From positions 1-59,730 of the forward strand of contig DASYWT010000199.1 of NCBI GenBank assembly GCA_035935775.1: 59,730 nucleotides of DNA. Reading direction: 5' to 3'. Below, one piece after another: positions 24,963 to 34,770 of the stretch. The notes under the pieces are model-generated. The model made no database searches. It saw nothing but the letters and a program-made list of their open reading frames with translations, and had not been told where the DNA came from. Position numbers and translations under genes: made by a program. Within the stretch, counting starts at the first letter, position 1, and each line of letters opens with the position of its first letter. This DNA is from Terriglobales bacterium. GTDB taxonomy: Bacteria; Acidobacteriota; Terriglobia; Terriglobales; Acidobacteriaceae.

Positions 24963-27806
24963 TTGCCCGGCAATAAGCCCAATTCGCACGATAAGGACGC
25001 CGCCGTTACTGTGGCCGAAGCGCCCGCTGCCCAGCCCACCCCAGTCCCGGCACCCGTCACCCCTAAGTTGCCCCAGGGCGCTCCCGGCAAGGGCCGCGTC
25101 TTCCTGATTGACGCCATGTCTTTTATCTTTCGCGCCTACCACGCCATGGCGCGGCAGCGGCCCATGTCCACGCGCACTGGCGTACCCACGGCCGCCACCT
25201 ATGTCTTCGTCAACATGCTGCGCAAGTTGCGCGATGACTTCGCCCCCGAATACCTGGCTGCGGTGTTCGACGTGGCCGCGCCCACCTTCCGCGACCAGCA
25301 GGCCGCGGCCATCACTTCGGTGAGTCGTTTCGATTCCAAGACCCAGACCTGGCAGGAGCAGGCTTACGCCGGCTACAAGGCCACGCGGGCGGAGATGCCC
25401 GGCGACCTGGCGCAGCAGTTGCCTTACATCCGGCGCGCGCTCGAGGCCTACCGCATCCCCATCCTGGAAATGCCGGGCTACGAGGCGGACGACGTCATCG
25501 GCACTCTGGCGCGCCAGGCGGCCGCCCAGTCTTACCCCGTTTACGTCGTCTCCAGCGACAAGGACATGCTGCAACTGGTTGACGACAAGATCTGCGTGCT
25601 CAATCCCCCCAAAGACAACCTGATCTGCGACCGCGCCAAGGTGGAAGAAGTTCTGGGGGTGCCGCCGGAGCGCGTAGTGGACGTGATGGCCCTGCGCGGC
25701 GACAGCATTGACAACATTCCCGGCGCGCCTGGCATTGGCGACAAGGGGTCGGTGGAGCTGATTCGCCGCTTCGGCACGGTTGAAGCCGCTCTCGACCACG
25801 CCGATGAGGTGGAAAAGAAGACCTACCGCGAATCCTTGCAGCACAATCGCCAGGCTGTTCTGGAAAGCAAGAAGCTGGCTACCATTGACACCAATGTTGC
25901 GGTGACCCTTGACGTGGAGCCCATGCGCGCCCAGGAGCCCGATTCCGAGGCCTGCCGCAAGCTGTTTACGGAGCTGGAATTCAGCACTCTGCTGAAGGAT
26001 TTCATTTCCGGCGTTGAAGTCGCGGAAACTCAGTACAGCGAGGCAAAATCCACTGCCGATGTTCAGGCCGTGCTGAAGGCGGTCAAGAAAGATGGCGTGC
26101 TGGCGGTCGCGCTGGCTACCGCCGAACCGGCTGAAGTTGCAGAAGAGGAACAGGAGCCCGAGGAAAGTGAGACCGGCACGCTGGCCTTCAGTGCGCCCCC
26201 GACTCCTGCCCCCGCCCCCGACCATAAGGCCGCCATTTCCGCCCAGCCCGGCAAAGCTGTGTCTGTTCTCCTGGACGATGCTCCCGCCGCGCAGGCTCTT
26301 CTCAAGGTATTGGCTGACCCCGCTCTGCCCAAGGCAGTTCACGATTACAAAGCCGCTCTGCATGCGCTCGAAGATGCCGGTCACACACTGGACGGCGTAC
26401 GCGACGAGCCCATGCTCTATTCCTACCTTCTCGACCCGACCTACAGCTCGCATCGGCTGGCCGACGTCGCCCTGCGTCGTTTTAATCTGAAGGTTTCCGG
26501 AGGACTGGCGGAAGCCGCCGATCTGACCGGCCGCCTGGCCGCGACATTGCGCCAGGAGGTTGAAGATGCCGGCCTGATGCCGGTCTACCAGCAGATTGAC
26601 TTGCCGCTGCTTCCCGTGCTGACCCGCATGGAGCAAGCCGGCATAAAGATTGACTGTGACGCGCTGGCCGAAATGTCCACCCGCCTGGAGCGCGATTGCC
26701 GCGCCAAGGAAAAGGAAATCTGGGAACTGGCCGGATTTGAGTTCAACATCAATTCACCCAAGCAGCTCGGCGACGTCCTCTTCAACAAGCTGAACCTCCC
26801 CAAGCCGGTGAAGTACGGCAAAGGCAAGACTGTCTCGACCGCCGTGGACGTGCTCGAGGGATTGGCCCTCACTCACGATGTGCCGCGCCTGGTTCTGGAG
26901 TACCGCCAGCTTACCAAGCTGAAGTCCACCTACGTGGACGCTCTGCCGTCGCTGCTCAACTCCTGCACCCAGCGTCTGCACACGACCTTCGGCCAGACGG
27001 GCACGGCTACCGGCCGCCTCTCTTCCGCCAACCCCAACCTGCAGAACATTCCCATCCGCACCGAACTGGGCAAGGAGATTCGCGCCGCCTTCATCGCTGA
27101 CCCCAGGCACGTGCTTCTGGCGGCCGACTACTCGCAAATTGAGCTGCGTCTGCTGGCGCATTTTTCCGGCGACCTGCTGCTCACCGAGGCCTTCCGCCGC
27201 GGCGACGACATCCACTCCCTCACCGCGCAGCAGGTCTTCGGCGTGCCTCCGCTCATGATTACCGCCGAGCATCGCCGCCGCGCCAAGGCGGTGAACTTCG
27301 GCATCGTGTACGGACTCTCGCCCTTCGGCCTCTCACAGCAGCTTGGGATCGAGAAAGGCGAGGCCAGGCAGTTCATTGACGCCTACTTCGAAAAATACAG
27401 TGGCGTTCGCCGGTACCTGGACTCTACGCTGGCCGAAGCTCGGCGCGAGCAGCGCGTCAAGACCCTGTTTGGCCGCATCCGTCCCATTCCCGACATCAAT
27501 AGCAAGAACGCCAATATGCGGGGCTTCGCCGAGCGCACCGCGGTCAACACGCCGCTGCAGGGCACGGCGGCCGACCTCATCAAGCTGGCCATGATCTCAA
27601 TTGACCAGGAGCTGGGGTGCCGCAATCTTAAATCGCGTATGCTGCTGCAGGTTCACGACGAGCTGGTGTTTGAGGTGCCGCAGGCGGAAGTGGAGACCAT
27701 GCGTGAGCTGGTGCGCGACAAAATGGAGAAGGTGCACCCGCTTAGCGTGCCCTTGCTGGTGGAGATCGGCGTCGGACCCAACTGGCGCGACCTGGAATAC
27801 ACCTAA
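24963..27806 (+). CDS. polA: DNA polymerase I
   Basis: 5-prime nuclease domain (VFLIDAMSFIFRAYHAM), central 3-5 exonuclease-like domain, and polymerase motifs A (DYSQIELR), B (RRRAKAVNFGIVYG) and C (QVHDEL). TTG start, with a 45-aa Pro/Ala-rich leader. Confidence 0.97.
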   Translation: MPGNKPNSHDKDAAVTVAEAPAAQPTPVPAPVTPKLPQGAPGKGRVFLIDAMSFIFRAYHAMARQRPMSTRTGVPTAATYVFVNMLRKLRDDFAPEYLAAVFDVAAPTFRDQQAAAITSVSRFDSKTQTWQEQAYAGYKATRAEMPGDLAQQLPYIRRALEAYRIPILEMPGYEADDVIGTLARQAAAQSYPVYVVSSDKDMLQLVDDKICVLNPPKDNLICDRAKVEEVLGVPPERVVDVMALRGDSIDNIPGAPGIGDKGSVELIRRFGTVEAALDHADEVEKKTYRESLQHNRQAVLESKKLATIDTNVAVTLDVEPMRAQEPDSEACRKLFTELEFSTLLKDFISGVEVAETQYSEAKSTADVQAVLKAVKKDGVLAVALATAEPAEVAEEEQEPEESETGTLAFSAPPTPAPAPDHKAAISAQPGKAVSVLLDDAPAAQALLKVLADPALPKAVHDYKAALHALEDAGHTLDGVRDEPMLYSYLLDPTYSSHRLADVALRRFNLKVSGGLAEAADLTGRLAATLRQEVEDAGLMPVYQQIDLPLLPVLTRMEQAGIKIDCDALAEMSTRLERDCRAKEKEIWELAGFEFNINSPKQLGDVLFNKLNLPKPVKYGKGKTVSTAVDVLEGLALTHDVPRLVLEYRQLTKLKSTYVDALPSLLNSCTQRLHTTFGQTGTATGRLSSANPNLQNIPIRTELGKEIRAAFIADPRHVLLAADYSQIELRLLAHFSGDLLLTEAFRRGDDIHSLTAQQVFGVPPLMITAEHRRRAKAVNFGIVYGLSPFGLSQQLGIEKGEARQFIDAYFEKYSGVRRYLDSTLAEARREQRVKTLFGRIRPIPDINSKNANMRGFAERTAVNTPLQGTAADLIKLAMISIDQELGCRNLKSRMLLQVHDELVFEVPQAEVETMRELVRDKMEKVHPLSVPLLVEIGVGPNWRDLEYT

Positions 27807-27809
27807 CAC

Positions 27810-27896
27810 AAGACCTTCAACGCCGAGAACGCAGAGAAATTTTTGGAGTTAGGTTTTTCCCTGCCCTTCCTCTGCGTCCTCTGCGTTGAAGGTCTT
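27810..27896. repeat. 27-bp imperfect inverted repeat with 33-bp spacer between convergent polA and histidine kinase genes
   Basis: aagaccttcaacgccgagaacgcagag (27810-27836) pairs with ctctgcgtcctctgcgttgaaggtctt (27870-27896), with 2 mismatches in 27. It resembles the 16642-16785 element in architecture (arm ending CAGAG followed by an A-rich tract). Confidence 0.8.
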
Positions 27897-27899
27897 CGA

Positions 27900-30800
27900 T
27901 TACACCGCTTCCTTCAGCAAGTCGCCGGGCATGTCCTGCGCTTCTTCCCCATTCGCCGGCAGGAAAACCGAAAACACCGTGCCGCTTCTGCCCGGAGTGG
28001 TGTTGCTGCGTAAACGGACAGTGCCCCCGTGTCTCTCCACAATGCCCTTGCAAACCCATAGGCCCAGCCCCGTCCCTACTTCCTTTTTGGTAGTGAAGAA
28101 AGGCTCAAAGATCCGCGAGCGGTGCGCCGGGTCAATGCCGGGTCCGGAATCGGCAACCGTGACCCGCACCCCCGGTTGCCTGGAGGAGTTGAATCCTCGC
28201 GCATGCGATACCCGCACCCGGATGGTTCCATCCACCGGCACCGCGTCTATGCTGTTACTCAACAGGTTGGCGAATAGCTGCCGCAACTCGCCAGGCACCG
28301 CCACAATCTCCGGATCTTGATCCACTTCCACCTGCAGGTCAATCCGCTTGTTCGTCACCCGTGGAGAAAACACAGTACGCAACTGCGAGATGATGGGACC
28401 TAAATGAATGGCCGTGGCCGCGGTCTTCTCCCGATAGAAGCCCAGCGCCTGACGTGTAAGCTGAGAAACCCTGTCCAGTTCTTCCTCCGCGGCGCGCAGA
28501 TATTCCTTCACATTGTCCGGCAGACCGCTCTGGCTCTTGGCCAGGTACACGAGGTTGACCACCGACTCCAGGGGATTGTTGATCTCGTGCGCCACCGTGG
28601 CCGCCAGACGCCCAGTAGTGGCCAGCTTGTCGCTCATGCGCAGAGCATCTTCCGTTTTCTTGCGCTGGGTAATGTCGCGCGCAATCTTGGCTGCTCCCAC
28701 CACCCGCCCGCTCTCGTCCCTCACTGGCGAGATGGTCAGGGAAACCTCAAGGCGCTCACCAGATTTCTTGAGCCGCACGGTCTCGAAATGATCAATGCGC
28801 TCCCCCCGTCGCAGCTTGTCCAGAATCCGGACTTCATCCTCATGCAACTCCGGCGGAATGATGGTTGTGATCGGCCGCCCCACCATCTCCGCCGCCGTGT
28901 AACCGAATATCCTCTCCGCCGCCGCGTTCCAGCTGGTGACGATTCCGTTCAGGTCCTTGCTGACGATGGCGTCGTCCGACGATTCCACGATGGCAGCCAG
29001 CCTTAAACGCGCGCTTTCCTCCGCCTTGCGGCTGGTGGTGTCGGTGCAAGCGCCTACCAGATACACCGGCTCCCCTTTCGCGTACACCGCTTTGCCGCGG
29101 TTATAGAGCCAGCGGACCTTTCCATCGGGCAGGACTACCCGGTGCTCCATCTCGAAATCCGCGCCCTGGCGGCTGCGTTCCATCCCGGCCAGCAGCTCCG
29201 GAACATCGTCGCTGTGGACCAGACGCACAAAATCCCCCGTCTGGCGGACCTCGCGGTCGGCCGGCACGCCGAACAGGCGCTTCAGGTTTTCATCGAATTC
29301 CACAAACTCGCCGGTGCCGAAATTCCAACGATACGTCCCGGTGTCGGAAGCTGCCAGCGCGACGCGTAGCCGTTCTTCGCTCTCCCGCAACTCCTCCTCG
29401 GCTCTCAGTTGCGCGGTGACATCGTTATTGGTGCCGAACCAGCGCGCCACCTTCCCGTTGGCGTCGCGGACGGGGACGATTCGCGTCAGGAATTGCCGGA
29501 ATCGTCCGTCGGCGCCGCGCAGCGGAAAAATCATTTCAAAGGGCTCGCCGCTTCGAAGCGAAGCCTGCCACCGCTCCATTACTTTGGGCAGGACCGCGGG
29601 ATCGCGCACCGATTGCCAGCCCCAGCCCACCATCTCCTCCGGCTTGGCGCCTGTGTATTCATACCAGCGCTGGTTGTACCAGTAAATCGAGCCATCGGCG
29701 CTCGCCATCCAGTCCAGCTGCGGGATGGATTCCGCCAGCATGCGGAACTGCTGTTCGCTCTCTTCTATCGCTCGCCGCGCTTCTACCTGGGGCGTGACGT
29801 CCACGGCGTGGACAAAAACGCCCTCCACCTTCCCGGTAATGTCTTTGAGCGGCTGATAAAGGAAATTGAAGTAGGCGTCTTCCGGCTTCCGGTTCTGCCC
29901 GCGATTCCGCCGGACCCTTGCTTCCGTTTCGCCGATCGCCTGGCCCGTCTTATAGGCTCGGTCCAGCAGTTCGAGATAACCTTGCCCCTCCAGTTCCGGC
30001 AAGGTCTCGCGAATGGGCTTGCCTAACAGCTCATTTGCATGCTCACGTCCAATCACCTTCAGATAAGCGGGGTTCACATAATTCCAGCGATGCTCCGGGC
30101 CCCGCAGCATGGCAATCGCGGCGGGAACCTGCTGCAGGAATTCGAGCACTCGGCGCTGCTCCAGTTCGGCTTTGACCCGGAGGCGGTCCTCCAGTTTGTC
30201 TACCTGCCGCCGCACCTCCGCCATTCGGATGTGGGCATCAACCCGTGCCATCAACTCGCGTGCGGTAAAGGGCTTTACCAGGTAGTCATCGGCGCCAGTA
30301 TGCAGGCCCTCCACACGCGACTCCTCGCCCGCGCGCGCCGAAAGCAGAATCACCGGAATGGCTCGGGTTCGCTCGTCCTCCCGAATCGCTTTCAGGAGCC
30401 CAAACCCGTCCAGGCCCGGCATCATGATGTCGGTGAGCACCAAGTCGGGATGCAACTTCCGCGTCGCTGCCAGCGCCTCTTCGCCGTTGGCCACGGCGTG
30501 CACCCGGTAATCCTGGCTGAGCAGGCGACTCACGTAGGCACGCAGATCAGCATTATCGTCAGCCAGCACGATCAGCGGCCGTCTGTCCCCCACACCCGCC
30601 GTGTCCGATTGCGCTGCGCTCGCGCCCGGCGTCCTCTCCGCGCCCGATTGTTGTGGAAGCCATCGCACCGCTTCCTCCACGTAAGCGTCGGCTCGCACAT
30701 CTGCTGGTGCCCGCCCACTCCTCGTTTCGATCCGCTCTGCCGGCAGGTGTTCTTTGCCCAAGGGCAGGGAAACCGTAAATTTGCTGCCCCGGCCCAGAGT

Positions 30801-32528
30801 GCTCTCCACCTTTACCGAGCCGCCGTGCAACTTCACCAGTTCATGGACCAGCGCCAATCCGATGCCCGTGCCCTCGTAGGTGCGGCCGCGTGCGCCTTCC
30901 ACGCGGTGAAAACGGTCAAAGATGCGCGGCAATTCATCCTGCGGAATCCCCGTTCCCGTATCTTCCACCGAGAGTTCCACTTGGCCATCGCTGCCGCTCA
31001 GCTTCAGACGCACTTCGCCGGCGAACGTAAACTTAAAGGCGTTGGAGAGTAGGTTGAGAACAATTTTTTCCCACATCTCCCGGTCCACGTACACCGGTTC
31101 GGGCAGAGCCTCGCACTCCACAGCAAAGCGCAGCCCGGCGCGTTCCATCGCCGAACGAAAAATACTGGCCAGTTCCATGGTCAGCGCGGCCAGGTCGGTA
31201 GGCTCATAGACGGCGTGCACCCGACTCGCTTCCATTCGGGAGAAATCCAACAGGCTGTTCACCAGCTTCAACAGGCGCAGGCTGTTGCGATGAACCAGTT
31301 CGAGTTGCTCGCGGTCAACACCCGAGCTGACGCCGCCTGCGCTCTGCAGCATGTTCTCCACCGGGCCCAGCATCAGGGTGAGCGGGGTGCGGAACTCGTG
31401 GCTGATGTTGGTGAAGAACAGCGTCTTGGCGCGATCAATTTCCGCCAGCGCCTCCGCCCGCCTGCGCTCCTCTTCATAAGCGCGCGCATCCGCCACACTG
31501 GCTGCAATTTGCCGTCCCACCAGGTCGAAGAATGCCCGATAGGATTCGTCCAGAGCCTTATGTGGGCTCACTCCCGCCAGCAGCACTCCCGGTAATCCCT
31601 GCCCCGGCGTGGCCATGGGGACCAGCTGCGCACTGCGGGGAGGAACCTCCCAGGCGCCGTGCGGCAACTCCGGCGCGAACTTCTGCAGGCCTTCCACGGT
31701 GACGCTGCTGCCCGAATCCATCGCTTGCCGGGCCAGCGCGAATGGCTGCGAACCCGGCGAACACAACTCCTTGGCCAGAGCGTGTTCGCGGCTGATTCCC
31801 ACCGTTTCCAACGCCTGCAAGCCGCCTCCTGCTCCCGGCCGGCACAAGATCGCGAAGGGAATATCCTTCGGGTTTTCTCCGATGGTGGTGGCCGCGATCC
31901 GCCACGCCTCGCGCTCGCTCCCGGCGTCTACACCTCTGGCCGCCAAATCGCGCAACGTGCGTAGCCGCCGCTCTCCGATCACCTCTTCCGTGGTTTCCAG
32001 GACTGCCGTAAAGACTCCGCCCACTCCGCCCGTCTCCACTCGCACCGGCCCGAACGAAAACGAGAAGTAGCACTCTTCCGGGTAGCCGAAGCGCTCCAAT
32101 TGCAGCAGCAAATCGTTAGACCAGGTTGCTTCTCCGGTCCGCACCACGGTGTCCAGCATCGGACCTATCGTGTCCCAGATCTCGGCCCAGCATTCCCGGC
32201 AGCGCTGTCCCAGCGCCCAGGGATGCTTGCTTCCCAGGATGGTGCTATAGGCGTCGTTATAGAGAACGACGTACTCCGGACCCCAATACAGGACGATGGG
32301 AAAGCGCGAGGCTAAGCAGATGCTGAGAGAAGTCTTCAGGCTTTGCGGCCACTGGGAAACAGGTCCTAGCGGTGTCTTCGACCAGTCCAGCGAGCGCATC
32401 AGCTCGCCCATTTTTCCGCCGCCCGCAAATGATTCGTCAGGGATAGCTGTCCGCTCTCCCGTTTTCGCGCTATGCATAGCAGGTGTGAGGTTTACCAGCG
32501 TGCCGATCGCTCGGGGCGATCGGTCCAT
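27900..32528 (-). CDS. Hybrid sensor histidine kinase with two transmitter modules, an internal receiver and at least five PAS domains plus a GAF-like region
   Basis: Order N to C: PAS/GAF-like sensor; H-box FTNISHEFRTPLT with an ATPase (DTGTGI, GTGIGL); receiver (LADDNADL...LVLTDIMMPGLDG); four PAS units; second H-box VAHEINNPL with an ATPase (NLLSNSIDA, DSGPGI, GTGLGL). Confidence 0.9.
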   Translation of the reverse strand: MDRSPRAIGTLVNLTPAMHSAKTGERTAIPDESFAGGGKMGELMRSLDWSKTPLGPVSQWPQSLKTSLSICLASRFPIVLYWGPEYVVLYNDAYSTILGSKHPWALGQRCRECWAEIWDTIGPMLDTVVRTGEATWSNDLLLQLERFGYPEECYFSFSFGPVRVETGGVGGVFTAVLETTEEVIGERRLRTLRDLAARGVDAGSEREAWRIAATTIGENPKDIPFAILCRPGAGGGLQALETVGISREHALAKELCSPGSQPFALARQAMDSGSSVTVEGLQKFAPELPHGAWEVPPRSAQLVPMATPGQGLPGVLLAGVSPHKALDESYRAFFDLVGRQIAASVADARAYEEERRRAEALAEIDRAKTLFFTNISHEFRTPLTLMLGPVENMLQSAGGVSSGVDREQLELVHRNSLRLLKLVNSLLDFSRMEASRVHAVYEPTDLAALTMELASIFRSAMERAGLRFAVECEALPEPVYVDREMWEKIVLNLLSNAFKFTFAGEVRLKLSGSDGQVELSVEDTGTGIPQDELPRIFDRFHRVEGARGRTYEGTGIGLALVHELVKLHGGSVKVESTLGRGSKFTVSLPLGKEHLPAERIETRSGRAPADVRADAYVEEAVRWLPQQSGAERTPGASAAQSDTAGVGDRRPLIVLADDNADLRAYVSRLLSQDYRVHAVANGEEALAATRKLHPDLVLTDIMMPGLDGFGLLKAIREDERTRAIPVILLSARAGEESRVEGLHTGADDYLVKPFTARELMARVDAHIRMAEVRRQVDKLEDRLRVKAELEQRRVLEFLQQVPAAIAMLRGPEHRWNYVNPAYLKVIGREHANELLGKPIRETLPELEGQGYLELLDRAYKTGQAIGETEARVRRNRGQNRKPEDAYFNFLYQPLKDITGKVEGVFVHAVDVTPQVEARRAIEESEQQFRMLAESIPQLDWMASADGSIYWYNQRWYEYTGAKPEEMVGWGWQSVRDPAVLPKVMERWQASLRSGEPFEMIFPLRGADGRFRQFLTRIVPVRDANGKVARWFGTNNDVTAQLRAEEELRESEERLRVALAASDTGTYRWNFGTGEFVEFDENLKRLFGVPADREVRQTGDFVRLVHSDDVPELLAGMERSRQGADFEMEHRVVLPDGKVRWLYNRGKAVYAKGEPVYLVGACTDTTSRKAEESARLRLAAIVESSDDAIVSKDLNGIVTSWNAAAERIFGYTAAEMVGRPITTIIPPELHEDEVRILDKLRRGERIDHFETVRLKKSGERLEVSLTISPVRDESGRVVGAAKIARDITQRKKTEDALRMSDKLATTGRLAATVAHEINNPLESVVNLVYLAKSQSGLPDNVKEYLRAAEEELDRVSQLTRQALGFYREKTAATAIHLGPIISQLRTVFSPRVTNKRIDLQVEVDQDPEIVAVPGELRQLFANLLSNSIDAVPVDGTIRVRVSHARGFNSSRQPGVRVTVADSGPGIDPAHRSRIFEPFFTTKKEVGTGLGLWVCKGIVERHGGTVRLRSNTTPGRSGTVFSVFLPANGEEAQDMPGDLLKEAV

Positions 32529-32674
32529 GCGTGTGGCCCGAGCTGACTCGGTGTTAGGATTCCGAGCCCCCGCCTGGAGGTTGTCTGAGACGCCCCGCGC
32601 TGCCCCTCAGTGGTGTTATGCTAGCACGCGTTTCGGCGCACCGGCCATCGCCGCCGGGCGCGAAACCTTGGGCT

Positions 32675-32965
32675 TCAGCGCTGAAATGCCTTGCCCAGGC
32701 AGCGCGGACAGGGCGTGTAGCCGCGCCGGGCGGCCTCCTGCGCGCTTACCATCTCCGGCTTGCCATGAATGTACCGGCAGGAAGGGTCGTGGTAGAGCTT
32801 GCCCTGAGCGGTAATGGCTACCTCGCGAAGGAGCACATGGATGGCCGGCTTGCTGTGCCGGGAAAGCAGCGTGGCGGTTGCGCCGGGACGAGAGTATCCG
32901 TAGCTGATTGCTGCTGCGATCAGCACTGCCGCCGCCACCACGGATGCCCATACCCGCCCGCTCAT
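32675..32965 (-). CDS. Small membrane-anchored protein with C-terminal Cys motif (YHDPSCRY...GYTPCPRC)
   Basis: AGGAG plus ATG 32965, one TM segment (VWASVVAAAVLIAAAI), then KLYHDPSCRYIHGKPEMVSAQEAARRGYTPCPRC. This short Cys module recurs in many bacterial proteins. Confidence 0.6.
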   Translation of the reverse strand: MSGRVWASVVAAAVLIAAAISYGYSRPGATATLLSRHSKPAIHVLLREVAITAQGKLYHDPSCRYIHGKPEMVSAQEAARRGYTPCPRCLGKAFQR

Positions 32966-33026
32966 ATGCACTCTCCTGGAAGCAGAGTCCGGGCAAGGCG
33001 GCCTCGCCTCGCCCGGACCTTCTGCA

Positions 33027-33248
33027 TCAATGCTGCATCTCGTCCGTTTTCTTGTCCCCCTTTTTCTTCTTCTCTTTCTTCGGCTTTTCCTTCTTCTCCT
33101 TTTTCGCCTTCTTCTTAGGTGTCTTGGCAGTGTCGCTTTGGGCGGCATCCTGCTTCATCGCATCCTGGCCGGTGCGGGGCTGAGCAAAAAGCGTGAGCGA
33201 GCTGAGCAGAAACATCGCTGCCAGAAGGCTCATCATGTACTTGCGCAT
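33027..33248 (-). CDS. Small secreted lysine-rich protein
   Basis: GGAGGA lies 7 nt upstream of ATG 33248. Signal peptide MRKYMMSLLAAMFLLSSLTLFAQ, then the tail KKKAKKEKKEKPKKEKKKKGDKK. Confidence 0.6.
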   Translation of the reverse strand: MRKYMMSLLAAMFLLSSLTLFAQPRTGQDAMKQDAAQSDTAKTPKKKAKKEKKEKPKKEKKKKGDKKTDEMQH

Positions 33249-33320
33249 TGTGTTTCCTCCAATTTCGAACCCAAGGGTTCGGGGTTAAGTAAAGATGCCC
33301 GACTGCAGAAAAAAAGCCCT

Positions 33321-34043
33321 TTACTCGGCGCTCCTGCGCGACAGGTACTCGGGATTGCGTTTCCATCCCGTCAGCATGGAGGCGAAATTCGACCAGCCAT
33401 GCAGCGCCACCATGATCAAATGACCCGGAATAAATGCCAGAAATCCGCACATCGCCGCAAAATGCCACACCCGTGCCAGGTGATAGCCGCCCATCGGCCA
33501 TGCCAGCCAGGAGAATTGCACCGGTTTGTATAGCACCAGGCCCGTCAACAGCGACGCGACGCCGCACAACACCGTCAGGGTATAAGCCAGCTTCTGCAGG
33601 GGATTGTATTGTTCGGTCGCTGGCGGTTTGGGGCCAAACAAAAAATAATGCCGCGTCATCGGCCACACTCCGCTCACGTCGCGCGGCATGAACAGCACTG
33701 TTTTGTAGTGGCCGCTGAGCAACTGGTACGCGATGTAAAGCACCCCGCTGCCCGCGAACAGCCACATGAACGTGAAATGCCACTGCAGCGCGCCCGCCAG
33801 CCATCCTCCCAGTGTCAGCGCCTTGGGAATATTGATCAGGTCGTGCTCGGGAATCTTCGCGCCAAAACTGGGAAAGGCGCGGAAAATGCGCAAGCCGCTG
33901 GCCGCCAGCACAAACACAGCTGCCGCGTTCAACCAGTGTGTGAAGCGGATCGCCCACGGATGCTCATAGGCTGCCGTCACCAGCTTCAGCGGTGGTTCTG
34001 GGCGCTTGTCTTCCGAAGCCCCGGTTTGTGCCCCGCTCGCCAT
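33321..34043 (-). CDS. Membrane cytochrome b (bacterial b561 / Ni-hydrogenase cytochrome b-type family)
   Basis: Four to five TM helices with spaced His residues (FTHWLN, QWHFTFMW, VWHFAAM, IPGHLIMVALHG). AGGAGA RBS. It starts 7 bp after the upstream molybdoenzyme gene. Confidence 0.75.
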   Translation of the reverse strand: MASGAQTGASEDKRPEPPLKLVTAAYEHPWAIRFTHWLNAAAVFVLAASGLRIFRAFPSFGAKIPEHDLINIPKALTLGGWLAGALQWHFTFMWLFAGSGVLYIAYQLLSGHYKTVLFMPRDVSGVWPMTRHYFLFGPKPPATEQYNPLQKLAYTLTVLCGVASLLTGLVLYKPVQFSWLAWPMGGYHLARVWHFAAMCGFLAFIPGHLIMVALHGWSNFASMLTGWKRNPEYLSRRSAE

Positions 34044-34050
34044 GTTTCTC

Positions 34051-34770
34051 CTAAAGCCCTGCGTACCAGCTGTAACCCTGGTCCTCCCAATACCCCCGCT
34101 GCGTTCCCAAGACGTGGGTTACGGTCAGCTTGGTCAGGTACTTGGCCGATTTGTACCCCAGTTTGGTGGGAAGGCTCAGACGCAACGGCGCCCCGTGTCC
34201 GCGGTCCAGCGGCTTGTCGTACATTTCGTAGCACAACAGCGACTGCGGGTGCAGCGCCGTGGCCATGTCCAGCGATTCGTAATAGTCGTCGGCGCACTCC
34301 ACCCACAGAAAACGCGAGCCCTTGTCCGCTCCCACCAGCGCCAGGAAATCGCTGATGCGTGCTCCCCCGAACCTCCCAATCACGTCCCAGCCTTCTACGC
34401 ACACGTGGCGCGTGTTCTGGCGAATCTTGGGCAGCGCCTGGATTTGTGCCAGTGTGTACTCGCCTGGTTTTTGTACATTTCCCCCGACCGTCAGCGTCCA
34501 GTTCTCCAGGTCCACTCCCGGATCGAGGTCGTCATAGCCGTTGTAGGGAAATTTCTCGAACGGAACCACATCGGCGTCGGTGAAAGTCTTTGCCGGATGG
34601 CGCCGCCGAAAAACCAGGCCAGATGCCCAATCGCTCAGGCGCACGCCCCGTCCCAGCAGCGGGTCCTGCCAGCGTGTGACCGCAAAAGCTCCCACCGCCA
34701 ATACCGGCGCCAGCTTTAACAACTCCCGCCGGCTGAGCCGTTTCAGTTTCGAATCTTCGATGCTGGCCAA
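34051..34770 (-). CDS. Tat-exported molybdopterin-dependent oxidoreductase (sulfite oxidase / YedY-MsrP-like fold)
   Basis: Twin-arginine motif SRRELLKLAPVLAVGAFA, a Mo-ligand Cys context NTRHVCVEGW, and GAPLRLSLPTKLGYKSAKYL. TTG start. Confidence 0.85.
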   Translation of the reverse strand: MASIEDSKLKRLSRRELLKLAPVLAVGAFAVTRWQDPLLGRGVRLSDWASGLVFRRRHPAKTFTDADVVPFEKFPYNGYDDLDPGVDLENWTLTVGGNVQKPGEYTLAQIQALPKIRQNTRHVCVEGWDVIGRFGGARISDFLALVGADKGSRFLWVECADDYYESLDMATALHPQSLLCYEMYDKPLDRGHGAPLRLSLPTKLGYKSAKYLTKLTVTHVLGTQRGYWEDQGYSWYAGL

